A stretch of DNA of 45,280 bases, taken from positions 1 to 45,280 of the IMG/VR virus record IMGVR_UViG_3300020045_015401; one strand, written 5' to 3'. Every line of letters starts with the position of its first letter. Position 1 is the first letter of the stretch. This document shows, one piece after another, positions 26,414 to 37,242 of this stretch. A model generated the notes under the pieces. That model was not told the DNA's origin. It made no database searches and saw nothing but the letters and a program-made list of their open reading frames with translations. Source of the stretch: a virus. Its lineage: Duplodnaviria > Caudoviricetes. The translations under genes were made by a program, and so were the position numbers.

Positions 26414-27670
26414 ATGGCTATAGGTGGAGCATCAGGATATTTAACAGTAAACCCTACGCAAGATTATGTAGGTCAAGCATTGCAAGGAGCAAGTGATTCC
26501 TTTGCGAGAGTTCGTGCTGAAAAAATTGCACAGGAAAGAGATAGAATGATTAATGAGCAAAACATTCAGGAACAGCGAAGACGTGATTTTAAAGATGCTG
26601 AAGAGTTTAGTGCCAAATATCCATTTGTAGCGATGGGAAATACCGATATTGACTCTAAAAATAGGCAAGATTTAGAAACCGGAAAACAAAGATATTCTGA
26701 AGCAATGAATAAATTTATCGAAACAGGAGATGATAAATACAAAGCAATTGCTAATTCCGTAAAAGCATCGATTAACGAAGCTACCGAAATGCCAAAAGCA
26801 CTTGAATTTACCGTGCAAGGGTGGTTAAAAAACGAAGCCGACCTAAATCCTTCAAGTTTAGAAAAAGCCAAAAACATTCTGCAAAAACTAAAAACCGATA
26901 CCGTTCGTGATTATGATGAAAATGGACGTGCAGTTTATACCATTGTAGAACGTGATGCGGCGGGAAATCCAACTAAAATCCTCCATAATAGAATATCAGG
27001 TGAGCAAGTAAAAGAATTGTTGAACGTGGAACCGAAATTTGATGTTACGGGAGATAAAGGATTTATTGACCAATTCCAAAAAAGCATTGGTAAACCTTTG
27101 CCTGTAAAAAAAATAGTGGGTAATAAAGAAGTTACTACAACCTATACTCCAGGAGCAGAGGAAATAGCGAAATCAATGGCTAAAGACGCTACACAAAATC
27201 ATAGTGCAGTTTATACGGCACTAGAATATTTAGGATATGACCCAAATGATAAAGATAATTATTCTGATCCTGATATTTTAGAGGTTGTACAAGTTCATTA
27301 CGAAAGTATATTAAACAGCACAGCACCGAAAGTGGAATCTGAAGAACTAAATCTGAAACAAGCTGAGTTTGACTATAAAAAATCGCAAGATGCTATAAGC
27401 AACAGAAACGAAGCAACACGTATTTCAATAGCTAAAGAAGTAGCAGGTAAAGAGAAAAAAGGTATCAGGTTTACAATTAAAAACGGAATGTACGGCAAAG
27501 AAACCTCTGCCACAATGAATATGACCGACCAAGAATACGCTGACTACCTTATGAATAATGGGGTTAAAGACGTTAAAACAATGGAGGAAGTTTGGAACAA
27601 TCCTATTAATGCGGGGTATGTAAAAGCAGTTGAAAACAGTAAAGCTAAAAAAGAAATTAAAGGATTTTAA
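26414..27670 (+). CDS. Internal virion / DNA ejection protein (medium)
   Basis: 418-aa helical protein between the small and giant ejection-type genes. Confidence 0.55.
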   Translation: MAIGGASGYLTVNPTQDYVGQALQGASDSFARVRAEKIAQERDRMINEQNIQEQRRRDFKDAEEFSAKYPFVAMGNTDIDSKNRQDLETGKQRYSEAMNKFIETGDDKYKAIANSVKASINEATEMPKALEFTVQGWLKNEADLNPSSLEKAKNILQKLKTDTVRDYDENGRAVYTIVERDAAGNPTKILHNRISGEQVKELLNVEPKFDVTGDKGFIDQFQKSIGKPLPVKKIVGNKEVTTTYTPGAEEIAKSMAKDATQNHSAVYTALEYLGYDPNDKDNYSDPDILEVVQVHYESILNSTAPKVESEELNLKQAEFDYKKSQDAISNRNEATRISIAKEVAGKEKKGIRFTIKNGMYGKETSATMNMTDQEYADYLMNNGVKDVKTMEEVWNNPINAGYVKAVENSKAKKEIKGF

Positions 27671-27672
27671 TT

Positions 27673-30600
27673 ATGCTACAACCATCACAAGATAAGTCAA
27701 AAGTATTATACGATGCAGTTTCTAAAGATTATAACGTAGGAACGTATGATGAGTTTAAAACCAAGTTACAATCTCCTGAAAAACGCAAGGCTTTTTACGA
27801 AGGTGTTGGAAGTGAATATTCATTAGGAACTTATGAAGAGTTTGATGCAAAAATAGCAACTCCAAAAAAAAAAGACAATTTACAACCTACTGCAATTCCT
27901 CCAAAATCGGGTTCGGGAACGAGTACTGGTTCTTCGGGTGGGAAAAACTCTAGTGGATTTCCTGAAATAGATATGAATAGCGTGGCTCCTGGCAATGGAG
28001 TTCAGCCTGATTATAACGCAATAAACTTAGCAAAATCTAAAAGAGTAAAGGAGTTAGAAACTTCATTCTATGCCTCTACTAAAGACGATAACGACGATGC
28101 TGTAGTGGAACAAAGACTTCAAGACCGTAAAGCGAACAAAGGCTTTTGGAATACAGCAGAAGACTTAACAAAATCTGCCTACAATATGGTTGTTGATGCT
28201 GTTTATACATCAAACCCACTTTTTGCAGGATTACAAGGTGCTAAAATAAGTGAAGACCCTTTAGAAGAAGAAAAGAAACAAGCATTACAAGAAGCTAAGA
28301 GAAACAAAATAACTCTTTCTGAAGACCAAAAAAACGCAAGAGCAGAAGAAATATTCAAGAAAAAAGAAAAAGATAATCTATTTATCGATAGAGTAAATTC
28401 CTATTTAGATAATTTAGATGTAGAAGATAAAAATATACTTCAACAAGACCGTTTAGAAAAAGGAGTTCACTTACAACTTGAAAATGAAAAAAAATTAAAA
28501 GTAGTTTCTGCTATGGAAATAGTTGGAAATGAAAAAATTAAAGAATATCAAGACGTAGAAAAACAACTATTAGAATTAAAGAAAAACGGACAAGAATTCC
28601 CTAAAGATTTATTTGACAAATATTCTAGTTTAGGTGTAGAAATAAATCAAATTAGTGGAAATATACAAAAATACAGTGACCAAATCCAAAAAAACAAATC
28701 TGATTTAGGAACGGTTGAGCAAGAATTTGACTTATTTAAAAGAACTTATAGTGATAACGATAACTTTATCGGAAATGCTATTGCTACCACAGGAGAATTA
28801 GCTAACGGAATCTTTGGGGCAGTAAATTATTTAGCAAGTTTAAGTCCTGACCCTATTACTCGATTAAACTCTATGAGAGGTCAACAAATTGCTAATAAAA
28901 TTGCAGGTAGTTTAGAAGAATATCGTGGAGCATTACGTAAACCTGTAGAGAGTGTTGAAAGCGCAGAAGGGTTTGTAAATTACGCTTCGGACTTAGTAGC
29001 AAATCAATTACCTATTTTAGCGGTTACATCAACAGGGGCAGGTGGATTAGCAGCATTTGGAGCTTCTACTACAGGACAAACTTTTACTAAAATAAATCAA
29101 GAAGTTTTAAGCGGTAAAGCGAATTATTCTCCTTTACAAATGGCAGCTATTCCATTGCTACAAGGTGGATTTGAGGTGATTTCTGAAATTCCTACTTTAT
29201 CTATATTGAAAAAAGGAAGTCGAGTTATATCGGCGGCGGCGAATGGTGAAATTGATTTAATCAAAAAAAGCGGTGGGGAATTATTCAAAGGTTACGCTAA
29301 AGATTTTGGAAAAGAATTTGGAGGGGAACACGTAACAAATTTGGGGCAAAACTTTAATGCTCGATACGTGCAAGGAAAAGAAGATGTAGGGTTGCTTGAT
29401 AATACAGGTAGAGTAAGTAAAGATACTGCTTTCCTAACTACTTTGTTGCAGGGAAGCCCTCACGTATTAGGAGCCGTGGTAAAAGTATTTCAGTCAAATA
29501 ATGATTTAGGAACGCTTGATGAAAATTCAAGAAAGATAATTGAGTTTTCTAAACAGCTAAATACCGAAGGATTAACTGCAACTGAAAAAACGGTAATCCA
29601 AAAGCAAATTGATAAAGTATCTGCCGAAAGTTCAAGAATAGTAGCAAGTACTATTGGAAAAATAGGAGATATGCCTAATGTGGTTTATGACGAAATTGTT
29701 TCGTTAAACTCACAAGCGGGCAAAATAAAAGCACAAGCAAAGGAAATTAACGACGGTAAATTGCCTAATAAAAAAGAATTACTTACTTCATTAGGGCAAG
29801 ATTATAAAGAATTACAAATCAAAAGAAGTGGTCTTATTGACGGATCAACAACTGCATTTGATTTACTTTCAGGAAATGAGCAAGCAAAACGATTAACACA
29901 AGCGAGTCGTGAAATAACAAAACGAGATAATCCCGACGGCACAAAAGAAAAATTTGAGGTTAAACCCGAAGACGCTAAAGAACTTGCAAGTGAAAACTAT
30001 TTAAAAGAAATTAAAGAAAAAGAAAATGAGAAAAACTCTCCTGCCCCAAGTCCCGAAGCCCAACCACAAGCCGAAGTACAAAAACCGTCCGAAGCCGAGA
30101 AGGTAGCAGAATTTCATCTACTTGAAGGGGAAACTTTAGTTGAAAGTAAACAAGACGATAAAGGAAGAACATTTAATACTGTAGCTATCACTACTGAAAA
30201 AGAAGGGTTAAAAAAGACTAAATTTTTATTTAATAGAAGTGATAAGCCGTCTGACCAAAGAAATTTATCAAGTATTAGCCCTGAAAAACTTTCAAGTGAT
30301 TTTGGATTTGAAATACCTAAAGAAAGTGTTCCTGAAGGTTTTGAAGTAGCAAGAATTAAAGAAATAAGAGAGGGCGAAAAAAGTAGCGCTGCAACTATTG
30401 TATTAAAAGAGATTAATGGTGATGAATCTTGGGATGCTGATATAGTTATCACAAAAGCAAAAAAAACGCCTAAACCCCAAGAAGTATCTCCAGTAGAAGA
30501 TGTAGTGGGTGAGAAAGTTGCTGATATTGAAAAAAGAAGAAAAGATGAATTAGGAGAATTATCGATTGTGCCAACTTCTTTTGATAGTAACGGAAATGTA

Positions 30601-33600
30601 TCTAAAACTACTTTAAAAAGGCGTGAAGAAAACAATGTTCTAGAAAATGAAATCAACGCTAAATACGATGCCGAATTAGAAAATCTTAAAAATGAAGCAA
30701 CACCGCCAACAAATCCTCCTGCTAATGGAAACATTCGACCTACAACTCCAAATGTGGGAGAAGTACGAGCTACCGAGCAAGAAATCCCTGCAAAAGAAAG
30801 TGTACCGAGTTCCGTTGACGGTGGAGAAGTTAAGGGAGATGCTTCGGTAGAATATAAATTTTCAAAAACTCCTTCTTTAAAGAATGCTAAAGCTGTTAGT
30901 GATAATGACTTACCTATTCCCCCAAAAGCAGTTGAAAATATATTAAAGAATGAAGATAGTTGGGATAAAGCATTAGTTGGTGGGGTGAAAAATTTAGGTA
31001 ACGGATGGTTTGAAGTTGGAAAGACAGAAAAAGGAGAAAGTATTTTACATTCGCCAATAACAAATAAAACAGTAACCATAATTGACGCAGAAAACAAAGG
31101 TGGAAGAAATTCTATTTACGTTGCTGACTTTGTGGAAAACAACACCGAAACTCCCCAACCTAAATCAAAAGGAGATGTTGAAGTAAGTGATTTAGACCAC
31201 GCAAAAGACCAAATAGCAAAAGGAGTTTTGTTTTGGAGTGGTGATTCGGGAGCCGAAAGAGTAAATTTAGGTATTTCTTGGGCGGATATTCGCAAAGGAG
31301 AAGCAGATATTAAGAAAGGAAATGTTAATACTGTTCCCGCAAAACGACTAATTGAAGCCTTAAAAACTGCCAAAGAAAAAGGTGGTTACGAATATGTTCA
31401 AGGAAGAGGAGGTGAAACTAATAAACAATTCGTAACTTTAGACGAAATTCAACGTTCTACAAATGAATATGAATTGACAGATTTGGAGCAAAAAGAAGTT
31501 GATGCAAATGAAGCGGAATTAGTAAAAAGACACGAAGAATATTTTGATTCTCTTGACGAAAAAACACAAACTGATATTTTAGAAAACTATGAAAACAGAG
31601 CGCAAGAAATTGACAATAAAGGAGAGGTACAATCAGATTCCAAAATCGGAGAGGGCAAAAATGATGTTCCTGATGGACAAATCCGAGAAAAACCCACAAC
31701 CAAAGAAAAAATAGCTGAAAGGATAAAACTATCCGATGCTAAAGTAGATAACATTCGTGATGCTGTAAAAGGCATTGACTCTATCTTTGGAATTAAGATA
31801 AAAGTTGATGATATTGAGGGATTAAACAAAAACGGAGTTGACATAGTTGATGTAATCGCTAATATCGTAAAACAAGCGATGGCAGCAGGAATACATATCG
31901 ACGAAGCAATCTCAAAAACTATCGAACACCTTAAAAAAACATTGGATTTCGACGTAAATATCGATGAAATTAAGGAGAGGATTAGTCCGAAGAAAGAAGC
32001 CGAGAAAAACTCAAAAGATTTATTATCGAAAATGACGGATGTTCCTAATTCGGGAGAAATAGGAAAATATATAAGTCGTGAGAATATTGAAGAAGGTGAT
32101 TCAGAAGAAGAATTTACTACAAATCAGGATTACGACAAACTAAAATTGATAGATTCGTTGCTTTACGGGAAATCTATCGTGGAGGAGGCTAAAGTTAATT
32201 TTGGCGATAATTATATTGAGGAATTAATCAAAAACATTAATGCAATCAAGAATGTAGATTCTAAAACATTGCATATTATTTCGTTGGAAAACGACCTACG
32301 ACAACGTAGAAAAGAATCTACAGATGTTCAGGAAAAAGAGTTTTTGACCGAACAAATCAACCGTTTACAACCGATAAGCCAAAAACTTGCCAATACAGTT
32401 TCGAGAGCGTTGAACTTAAATAAACTTAGACAATTATCCGCAACAGGTGTTAATCCAAATGATAAGTCAAATAGTATTTATACTAAAGATGAATTAGAAA
32501 CAAAACACGAGATAGGAAAGTCTTTCGGGAAGGATATTGACGAATTACAAAAACAGTATGAAGAAAATATTGAAGATTTCTTTAACGAGGATGATTTTGT
32601 AAGTGAAGATTTTGAATTAAACGTACCTAAAAAGAGAAGAAACAATGCAGATGTAAAAAAAGACATTTCCAATACTTTAAAGGAAATGAGAAAAGCATTG
32701 CTTGATGTGGCAAAAGGTAATTCTGCAATGTCTTCAATTCCTTATGCGAAACAATTAGCGGTAGCAACTCCGTATATCGTCAAACTAACTTCTTTTGTGG
32801 CGGAACTAGGGATAATAAATGGTAAAAAAGCTGTTGACTATGTTTACAAAGAAATAAACAAAGTATTTCCTGGAATAAAAAAAGAAGATGTTGCAGAAAT
32901 AATCAAAAAAAGCAATACAGTAAATAAAAGTAACTTAAGCGAAGAAGAAATTTTTCAAAAGAAACTATCTCAAAAAATTGCACAAACTGAAAAAGCACTA
33001 GAAAATCATAGAGCTAAAAAACCAAAATTTGCTATTGGGGCTAATAGTGTTTGGAGCGAAGAACTTTCTGCTATTAAAACTGAATTAAGTAATCTAAGAA
33101 ACGAAAACAGCGACGATAAGAAGAAAGCTCGTAAATTAAAAGAAAAAGCTACTGAATTACTTATTAATTCAGGTTACGGAAAAGAAATAAATGTAACCAA
33201 AAAAGAAGTCGACTCCGACGGAAATGTAACAAAAGTAAAATCTACTAAAAAGATTTTAGATTGGAAAAGACTTGCGGGAGAATCAGGTTCGGTTGCGAAT
33301 ATTTCTAAAGCAATAAAAACAGCATTATCAGGTCAAAACCTAAGTGAAAATGAAATTTCAGAAATGGTTGACGAAATGAAAACTGCCATTGAAGAAATAA
33401 AAACAAGTATTACTGAAAAATCACTTTCTGATTTGCAAAACAGAAACAAAATTCCAAAAACGGTAAATGTAAAAACAGAAGCTAAAAATCTTTCTGAACT
33501 TTACAATCAGGGGATATTTGACGATAATATGGATGAATATGATATTGCTTTAAATAGAATATTAGGATTTAACAAATTTAGAGAAGACCAATATCAAGAT

Positions 33601-35700
33601 TTAAAAGACTATTCAAAATTACTTGCGGGTTTATTTGCTAATAAAAAAATCTTTGGAGATACTAATGAATTTATGTCAGAGGATGCGCTAAAAACACAAG
33701 TAGCACATATCAACAAGCAAATAAATGAGATAGTTAATAAAGCATCTATGGGGAATGGTCGTAAAGGACTCAAAGGAGTTACCCCGCAAAAAGTAGTTTC
33801 TGTTATTAGAGATTACTCGGATATGGCTTTATTGTCAAAACTATTGTCCTTAAAGCAAGCCGTACAGAATCCTATATCGGGATATACTGAAAGATTATAT
33901 CAAAAAATAGGATCTATATTTGACCAAATAAAATTAACTCCTGAATTAAAAAAACAGCTCGATAAAGGTGCTTGGAATGTTTTTAAAGACATTACAGTAT
34001 CAGGCTCTCCCGATTTAGGTGATAGTTCATTTTCTGACATTAGAAGTCGAAAAATTGACGATAAAATCAGGGGAATTAAAATGGGTAAAAAATCAGGTAA
34101 AGTAAGAGATGCTGTAGCTCCAATAGTTTCAGGAACAGCATACTTAAACGGTGCTGATGCGTATAATAAAGTAAAAATATTGGAAGCTGTATTTGCAAAA
34201 GCGATGATAGATATTCTATCAAATAAAAATTACGGAAGGAATAACACAATGACGGTTAAAGAAGCTACTGTATTTGTTTCAGAAACACTTACAGGGGAAA
34301 GTTTTAATCAAGCACTAATAAAAGCAGACCAAATTATAAAAGACACCAATAACGAAGCTGGAAAAGAAATTCTTCCTCCTACCTACGCAAATATTTACAG
34401 GCTCGCTATGGATGTTGTAAGAGATAATTTAACATCTACAGGTATTGTTGATGCGGAAACGGTAAAAGCGGTATTTGCGGGTTCATTTAAAGCAGCAGGA
34501 AGTTCTTTAGGTCACGAGTCAAATAATCCTATTTCTACGATTTACAAAAACTCTTCTCAATTTCTCGATAGAAAAATAAAGGAATCTGTAAAGGAAAAGA
34601 ATTGGGGTAGTTTTGCATTGTATGTATCTGTAAATCTTGCAAAAAATATAACGATGCCTTTTGTTTCGGGTAGATTCAATTGGGCTGTTTTAGGAGCGCA
34701 AATAACAGGTGCTAATTTAGGACTTTCGACATTAGTTACTGCATATCAAAAAAACCAAAATAAAATTGATTTTAGTACAGAAGAAGGGCGAAGTTTAAAA
34801 AACCTAACAGAAGCCGTCCATAGAAAAATTAGACACGACCAAACTGTAAAAAGGTCTGTAGTTGGATTATCGCTAAACGTATTAGTTATTTCGGCGTTGG
34901 CGGCATCAGGAGGTGATGATGAACTTGAAAAATTGTTAAAGAACTCACCTACTCTTAATAAGGTTTTTAAATGGATATTCCCGATGATAAACTTGTTCTT
35001 TACTTATCAAAAAGACGGAAAAGAAGCGGCTTTTGATGGCTTGCTTGATTTTTATAGCATAACAGGTGATTACGATAGAAGTAGCGCTCGTGACGCAATA
35101 AAAACTCTTTTAGAAGATAAAGCAACAGATGAAGAAATATCAAAAGCGCAAGGGGTTATTGGAAAAAAAGTAGGAAAAGCATTTGACACTCCTATTCCTT
35201 GGAGGTTAGGAAAAGATATTAAGAATGTACAAAATGAAATTACAGGAAAAGAGCAATACAAAGCTAATTACAACGCCACTAGCTTTTTTAGCGGTGCATT
35301 TCAAGGAGGTTTTTTCGAACTTATTGGAATGAGAGAAGTAATGTCATTTGGTCACGAAGAAGAAAGACAAGTATCTAAAGAAGAAAGAGAATCTACTGGT
35401 TATAAATTCGGTGAATCCCAAGCTAAAATCAAAGAATACAACGACCTACCAAAAAGCGAAAAGGAAAAAGTAGATGCTAATAACAGAGTAGTTAGTTTAC
35501 GACAAAAAGTAGCGGAACTAGAAAACTTCAAACGAGCAAAACTAACCAATACACCATATCTTGTAAAAGGGGCAGAACAACCCGCAGATTTGAGTAATTT
35601 TGATGTAGATGCAGCGAATGAAGCGATTGCAAAATTAAACGCTCTAATCGAAGAGTTTAAATCGAAAGCGGGAGATAAATACAAAGCTCCGAAGGAATAA
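27673..35700 (+). CDS. Giant internal virion (ejection/polyvalent) protein
   Basis: 2675 aa, last gene of the late operon; Gly/Ala-rich hydrophobic segments, low-complexity linkers, ADIEKRRKDEL...EINAKYDAEL motif. Confidence 0.7.
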   Translation: MLQPSQDKSKVLYDAVSKDYNVGTYDEFKTKLQSPEKRKAFYEGVGSEYSLGTYEEFDAKIATPKKKDNLQPTAIPPKSGSGTSTGSSGGKNSSGFPEIDMNSVAPGNGVQPDYNAINLAKSKRVKELETSFYASTKDDNDDAVVEQRLQDRKANKGFWNTAEDLTKSAYNMVVDAVYTSNPLFAGLQGAKISEDPLEEEKKQALQEAKRNKITLSEDQKNARAEEIFKKKEKDNLFIDRVNSYLDNLDVEDKNILQQDRLEKGVHLQLENEKKLKVVSAMEIVGNEKIKEYQDVEKQLLELKKNGQEFPKDLFDKYSSLGVEINQISGNIQKYSDQIQKNKSDLGTVEQEFDLFKRTYSDNDNFIGNAIATTGELANGIFGAVNYLASLSPDPITRLNSMRGQQIANKIAGSLEEYRGALRKPVESVESAEGFVNYASDLVANQLPILAVTSTGAGGLAAFGASTTGQTFTKINQEVLSGKANYSPLQMAAIPLLQGGFEVISEIPTLSILKKGSRVISAAANGEIDLIKKSGGELFKGYAKDFGKEFGGEHVTNLGQNFNARYVQGKEDVGLLDNTGRVSKDTAFLTTLLQGSPHVLGAVVKVFQSNNDLGTLDENSRKIIEFSKQLNTEGLTATEKTVIQKQIDKVSAESSRIVASTIGKIGDMPNVVYDEIVSLNSQAGKIKAQAKEINDGKLPNKKELLTSLGQDYKELQIKRSGLIDGSTTAFDLLSGNEQAKRLTQASREITKRDNPDGTKEKFEVKPEDAKELASENYLKEIKEKENEKNSPAPSPEAQPQAEVQKPSEAEKVAEFHLLEGETLVESKQDDKGRTFNTVAITTEKEGLKKTKFLFNRSDKPSDQRNLSSISPEKLSSDFGFEIPKESVPEGFEVARIKEIREGEKSSAATIVLKEINGDESWDADIVITKAKKTPKPQEVSPVEDVVGEKVADIEKRRKDELGELSIVPTSFDSNGNVSKTTLKRREENNVLENEINAKYDAELENLKNEATPPTNPPANGNIRPTTPNVGEVRATEQEIPAKESVPSSVDGGEVKGDASVEYKFSKTPSLKNAKAVSDNDLPIPPKAVENILKNEDSWDKALVGGVKNLGNGWFEVGKTEKGESILHSPITNKTVTIIDAENKGGRNSIYVADFVENNTETPQPKSKGDVEVSDLDHAKDQIAKGVLFWSGDSGAERVNLGISWADIRKGEADIKKGNVNTVPAKRLIEALKTAKEKGGYEYVQGRGGETNKQFVTLDEIQRSTNEYELTDLEQKEVDANEAELVKRHEEYFDSLDEKTQTDILENYENRAQEIDNKGEVQSDSKIGEGKNDVPDGQIREKPTTKEKIAERIKLSDAKVDNIRDAVKGIDSIFGIKIKVDDIEGLNKNGVDIVDVIANIVKQAMAAGIHIDEAISKTIEHLKKTLDFDVNIDEIKERISPKKEAEKNSKDLLSKMTDVPNSGEIGKYISRENIEEGDSEEEFTTNQDYDKLKLIDSLLYGKSIVEEAKVNFGDNYIEELIKNINAIKNVDSKTLHIISLENDLRQRRKESTDVQEKEFLTEQINRLQPISQKLANTVSRALNLNKLRQLSATGVNPNDKSNSIYTKDELETKHEIGKSFGKDIDELQKQYEENIEDFFNEDDFVSEDFELNVPKKRRNNADVKKDISNTLKEMRKALLDVAKGNSAMSSIPYAKQLAVATPYIVKLTSFVAELGIINGKKAVDYVYKEINKVFPGIKKEDVAEIIKKSNTVNKSNLSEEEIFQKKLSQKIAQTEKALENHRAKKPKFAIGANSVWSEELSAIKTELSNLRNENSDDKKKARKLKEKATELLINSGYGKEINVTKKEVDSDGNVTKVKSTKKILDWKRLAGESGSVANISKAIKTALSGQNLSENEISEMVDEMKTAIEEIKTSITEKSLSDLQNRNKIPKTVNVKTEAKNLSELYNQGIFDDNMDEYDIALNRILGFNKFREDQYQDLKDYSKLLAGLFANKKIFGDTNEFMSEDALKTQVAHINKQINEIVNKASMGNGRKGLKGVTPQKVVSVIRDYSDMALLSKLLSLKQAVQNPISGYTERLYQKIGSIFDQIKLTPELKKQLDKGAWNVFKDITVSGSPDLGDSSFSDIRSRKIDDKIRGIKMGKKSGKVRDAVAPIVSGTAYLNGADAYNKVKILEAVFAKAMIDILSNKNYGRNNTMTVKEATVFVSETLTGESFNQALIKADQIIKDTNNEAGKEILPPTYANIYRLAMDVVRDNLTSTGIVDAETVKAVFAGSFKAAGSSLGHESNNPISTIYKNSSQFLDRKIKESVKEKNWGSFALYVSVNLAKNITMPFVSGRFNWAVLGAQITGANLGLSTLVTAYQKNQNKIDFSTEEGRSLKNLTEAVHRKIRHDQTVKRSVVGLSLNVLVISALAASGGDDELEKLLKNSPTLNKVFKWIFPMINLFFTYQKDGKEAAFDGLLDFYSITGDYDRSSARDAIKTLLEDKATDEEISKAQGVIGKKVGKAFDTPIPWRLGKDIKNVQNEITGKEQYKANYNATSFFSGAFQGGFFELIGMREVMSFGHEEERQVSKEERESTGYKFGESQAKIKEYNDLPKSEKEKVDANNRVVSLRQKVAELENFKRAKLTNTPYLVKGAEQPADLSNFDVDAANEAIAKLNALIEEFKSKAGDKYKAPKE

Positions 35701-35703
35701 AAT

Positions 35704-35732
35704 AAAAGCCTCTCATTACGGGAGGCTTTTTT
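35704..35732. terminator. Bidirectional terminator between late and early arms
   Basis: AAAAGCCTCT-cattac-GGGAGGCTTTTTT. Confidence 0.85.
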
Positions 35733-35736
35733 AATT

Positions 35737-36165
35737 TCACTTGATTCCGAGTTGAATCATTAGTTTTTGTAGTTCGGATTTGTTTTTAATTTTACCTCTA
35801 AAGCAAAATTCATCGGCGCCTTTATCTTCATAAATAGTGAAGTAATTGTCGCCTAAAATAGCTAAATCAAATCCGTTTAAACTCCAATATTCCGAGTGAA
35901 CATTAGAATATATAAAACCTTCTCTTTCTATATCTTCTCTATCAAGTAGTTTTACCCGTATTCCACAAAGTCCGTTTTTTGCATTCCTACCTTGCAAAGC
36001 TCTTTCGATATACATTATTCCTGAATCACAAACTCTACTTTCCCATTTCGCTTTATCGAAATTTTCTTGTGTTTTTACGGTTCCGTCCGTAAATCCCTCT
36101 TTCATTTCATATTCAAATCCTACGTGAAATTCTTCAATTGTTGGGGTATAATATTTACTTTCCAT
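35737..36165 (-). CDS. Hypothetical phage protein
   Basis: 142 aa; YYTPTIEEFHVGFEYE and IKNKSELQKLM motifs seen in Bacteroidota phage small genes. Confidence 0.7.
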   Translation of the reverse strand: MESKYYTPTIEEFHVGFEYEMKEGFTDGTVKTQENFDKAKWESRVCDSGIMYIERALQGRNAKNGLCGIRVKLLDREDIEREGFIYSNVHSEYWSLNGFDLAILGDNYFTIYEDKGADEFCFRGKIKNKSELQKLMIQLGIK

Positions 36166-36401
36166 ATTCTTCTTTATTAGAAATTTTAAATTGTTTTTTG
36201 ATTTGCTTTTTAGTCTTGATGGAATCGATTGTTTTCAGGAATTTTTTTTGTGATTTGTTTAATTTAGACATAATTTGGGGTTTTTTGTTATAAAAATATT
36301 TGAGTAAAGGTAGGAGGTTAATACGTGTGAAATATGATAAATATCAGGAAATCAATAATAATTACCATCTTTACGGGAAACCTCATTTTGGTAAATTTTT
36401 C

Positions 36402-36599
36402 CTAAACTTTAACACTATTTGCTATTATTAGAAATTCTTCAACGGCTTCGTCGGGGATTGTGCCTACATTGATGCTAAAGCCAAATGGGGATAATTCTTT
36501 CCATTCTATGCAGGGATGCCTTCGAAGAAATTTGCGTAAATTAACTTGACGCTCTTTTAGTTCGGGTGTGTAGGGAGTTTTTTCGATTGATCTTCGCAT
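36402..36599 (-). CDS. Hypothetical protein
   Basis: 65 aa, TAATG coupling to the upstream gene. Confidence 0.55.
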   Translation of the reverse strand: MRRSIEKTPYTPELKERQVNLRKFLRRHPCIEWKELSPFGFSINVGTIPDEAVEEFLIIANSVKV

Positions 36600-36991
36600 T
36601 ACAAAGTATTTATATCAATTGCTAAACCGTTTTCAATTAGTCCGTAAATGTCGAAGTGCCATTCGAGTAGTTTTTCAACAATAGTATAAGGGTATCTTGT
36701 AGGGTCTGTTTTAATTTCCCCTAAATTAAGATATGAAAAATTATGATATTTCCATAATTCGTCAATTGGTCTATACTTTTCTCCATTAACTTTAATCTCT
36801 TTTGTAAGGTCTGAAAGTGGGCGAAGGATTGGTTTATTTCCTTTGTTTCCTATTTGTCCATAAGTTCCTTCTGAAAATATTAATAAAGACCCTTGCGAAC
36901 CTGATAATTCTAAAATAGTTTTGTTATCAGGACGCATAACTTTCAACCCATAAGGCAAATACCCTGCTAAATGTTTTAATTGTAATTTCAT
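36599..36991 (-). CDS. Hypothetical Bacteroidota phage protein
   Basis: MKLQLKHLAGYLPYGL...KPILRPLSDL...WHFDIYGLI pattern. Confidence 0.75.
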   Translation of the reverse strand: MKLQLKHLAGYLPYGLKVMRPDNKTILELSGSQGSLLIFSEGTYGQIGNKGNKPILRPLSDLTKEIKVNGEKYRPIDELWKYHNFSYLNLGEIKTDPTRYPYTIVEKLLEWHFDIYGLIENGLAIDINTL

Positions 36992-36996
36992 AGTTT

Positions 36997-37230
36997 CTAT
37001 TTATTAATTATTTCTTCAATCATTTTTACATCATTTGAGTAGATATTTGGGTTTTGTTTCAAATATGGAACACCCCAACGGCAAGCCTGCAAATAGTAAT
37101 CATAAAGACGTTCGATGTTTTTGTGGGCGACTACAATTCCTTTTTTAAATTTAGGAAATCCTGCGAAAGTTTCTGTTTCTTTGATTGCAGTGTCGAAATC
37201 TGATTTGTTAAGCGTGGTGTGTTTTATCAT
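36997..37230 (-). CDS. Hypothetical protein
   Basis: 77-aa ORF packed in the early operon. Confidence 0.6.
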   Translation of the reverse strand: MIKHTTLNKSDFDTAIKETETFAGFPKFKKGIVVAHKNIERLYDYYLQACRWGVPYLKQNPNIYSNDVKMIEEIINK

Positions 37231-37242
37231 TTTGTGTTTTTT

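Noticed and set aside
30114-31097. 327-aa minus-strand ORF inside the giant virion gene
   Set aside because: Ser/Phe/Leu-rich antisense shadow of a Lys/Glu-rich sense frame; no motifs and no promoter seen. The same applies to the other short antisense ORFs inside long genes.
31940-31970. LDFDVNID in the 2675-aa protein as a possible RNA polymerase catalytic motif
   Set aside because: It does not match DxDGD/DFDID spacing and sits in a helical context without other double-psi beta-barrel motifs.
132-35700. Stop-codon reassignment, self-splicing introns/inteins or a diversity-generating retroelement, as found in some crAss-like phages
   Set aside because: Genes are full-length and tightly packed in the standard code; no reverse transcriptase, intein termini or TR/VR pair was seen.
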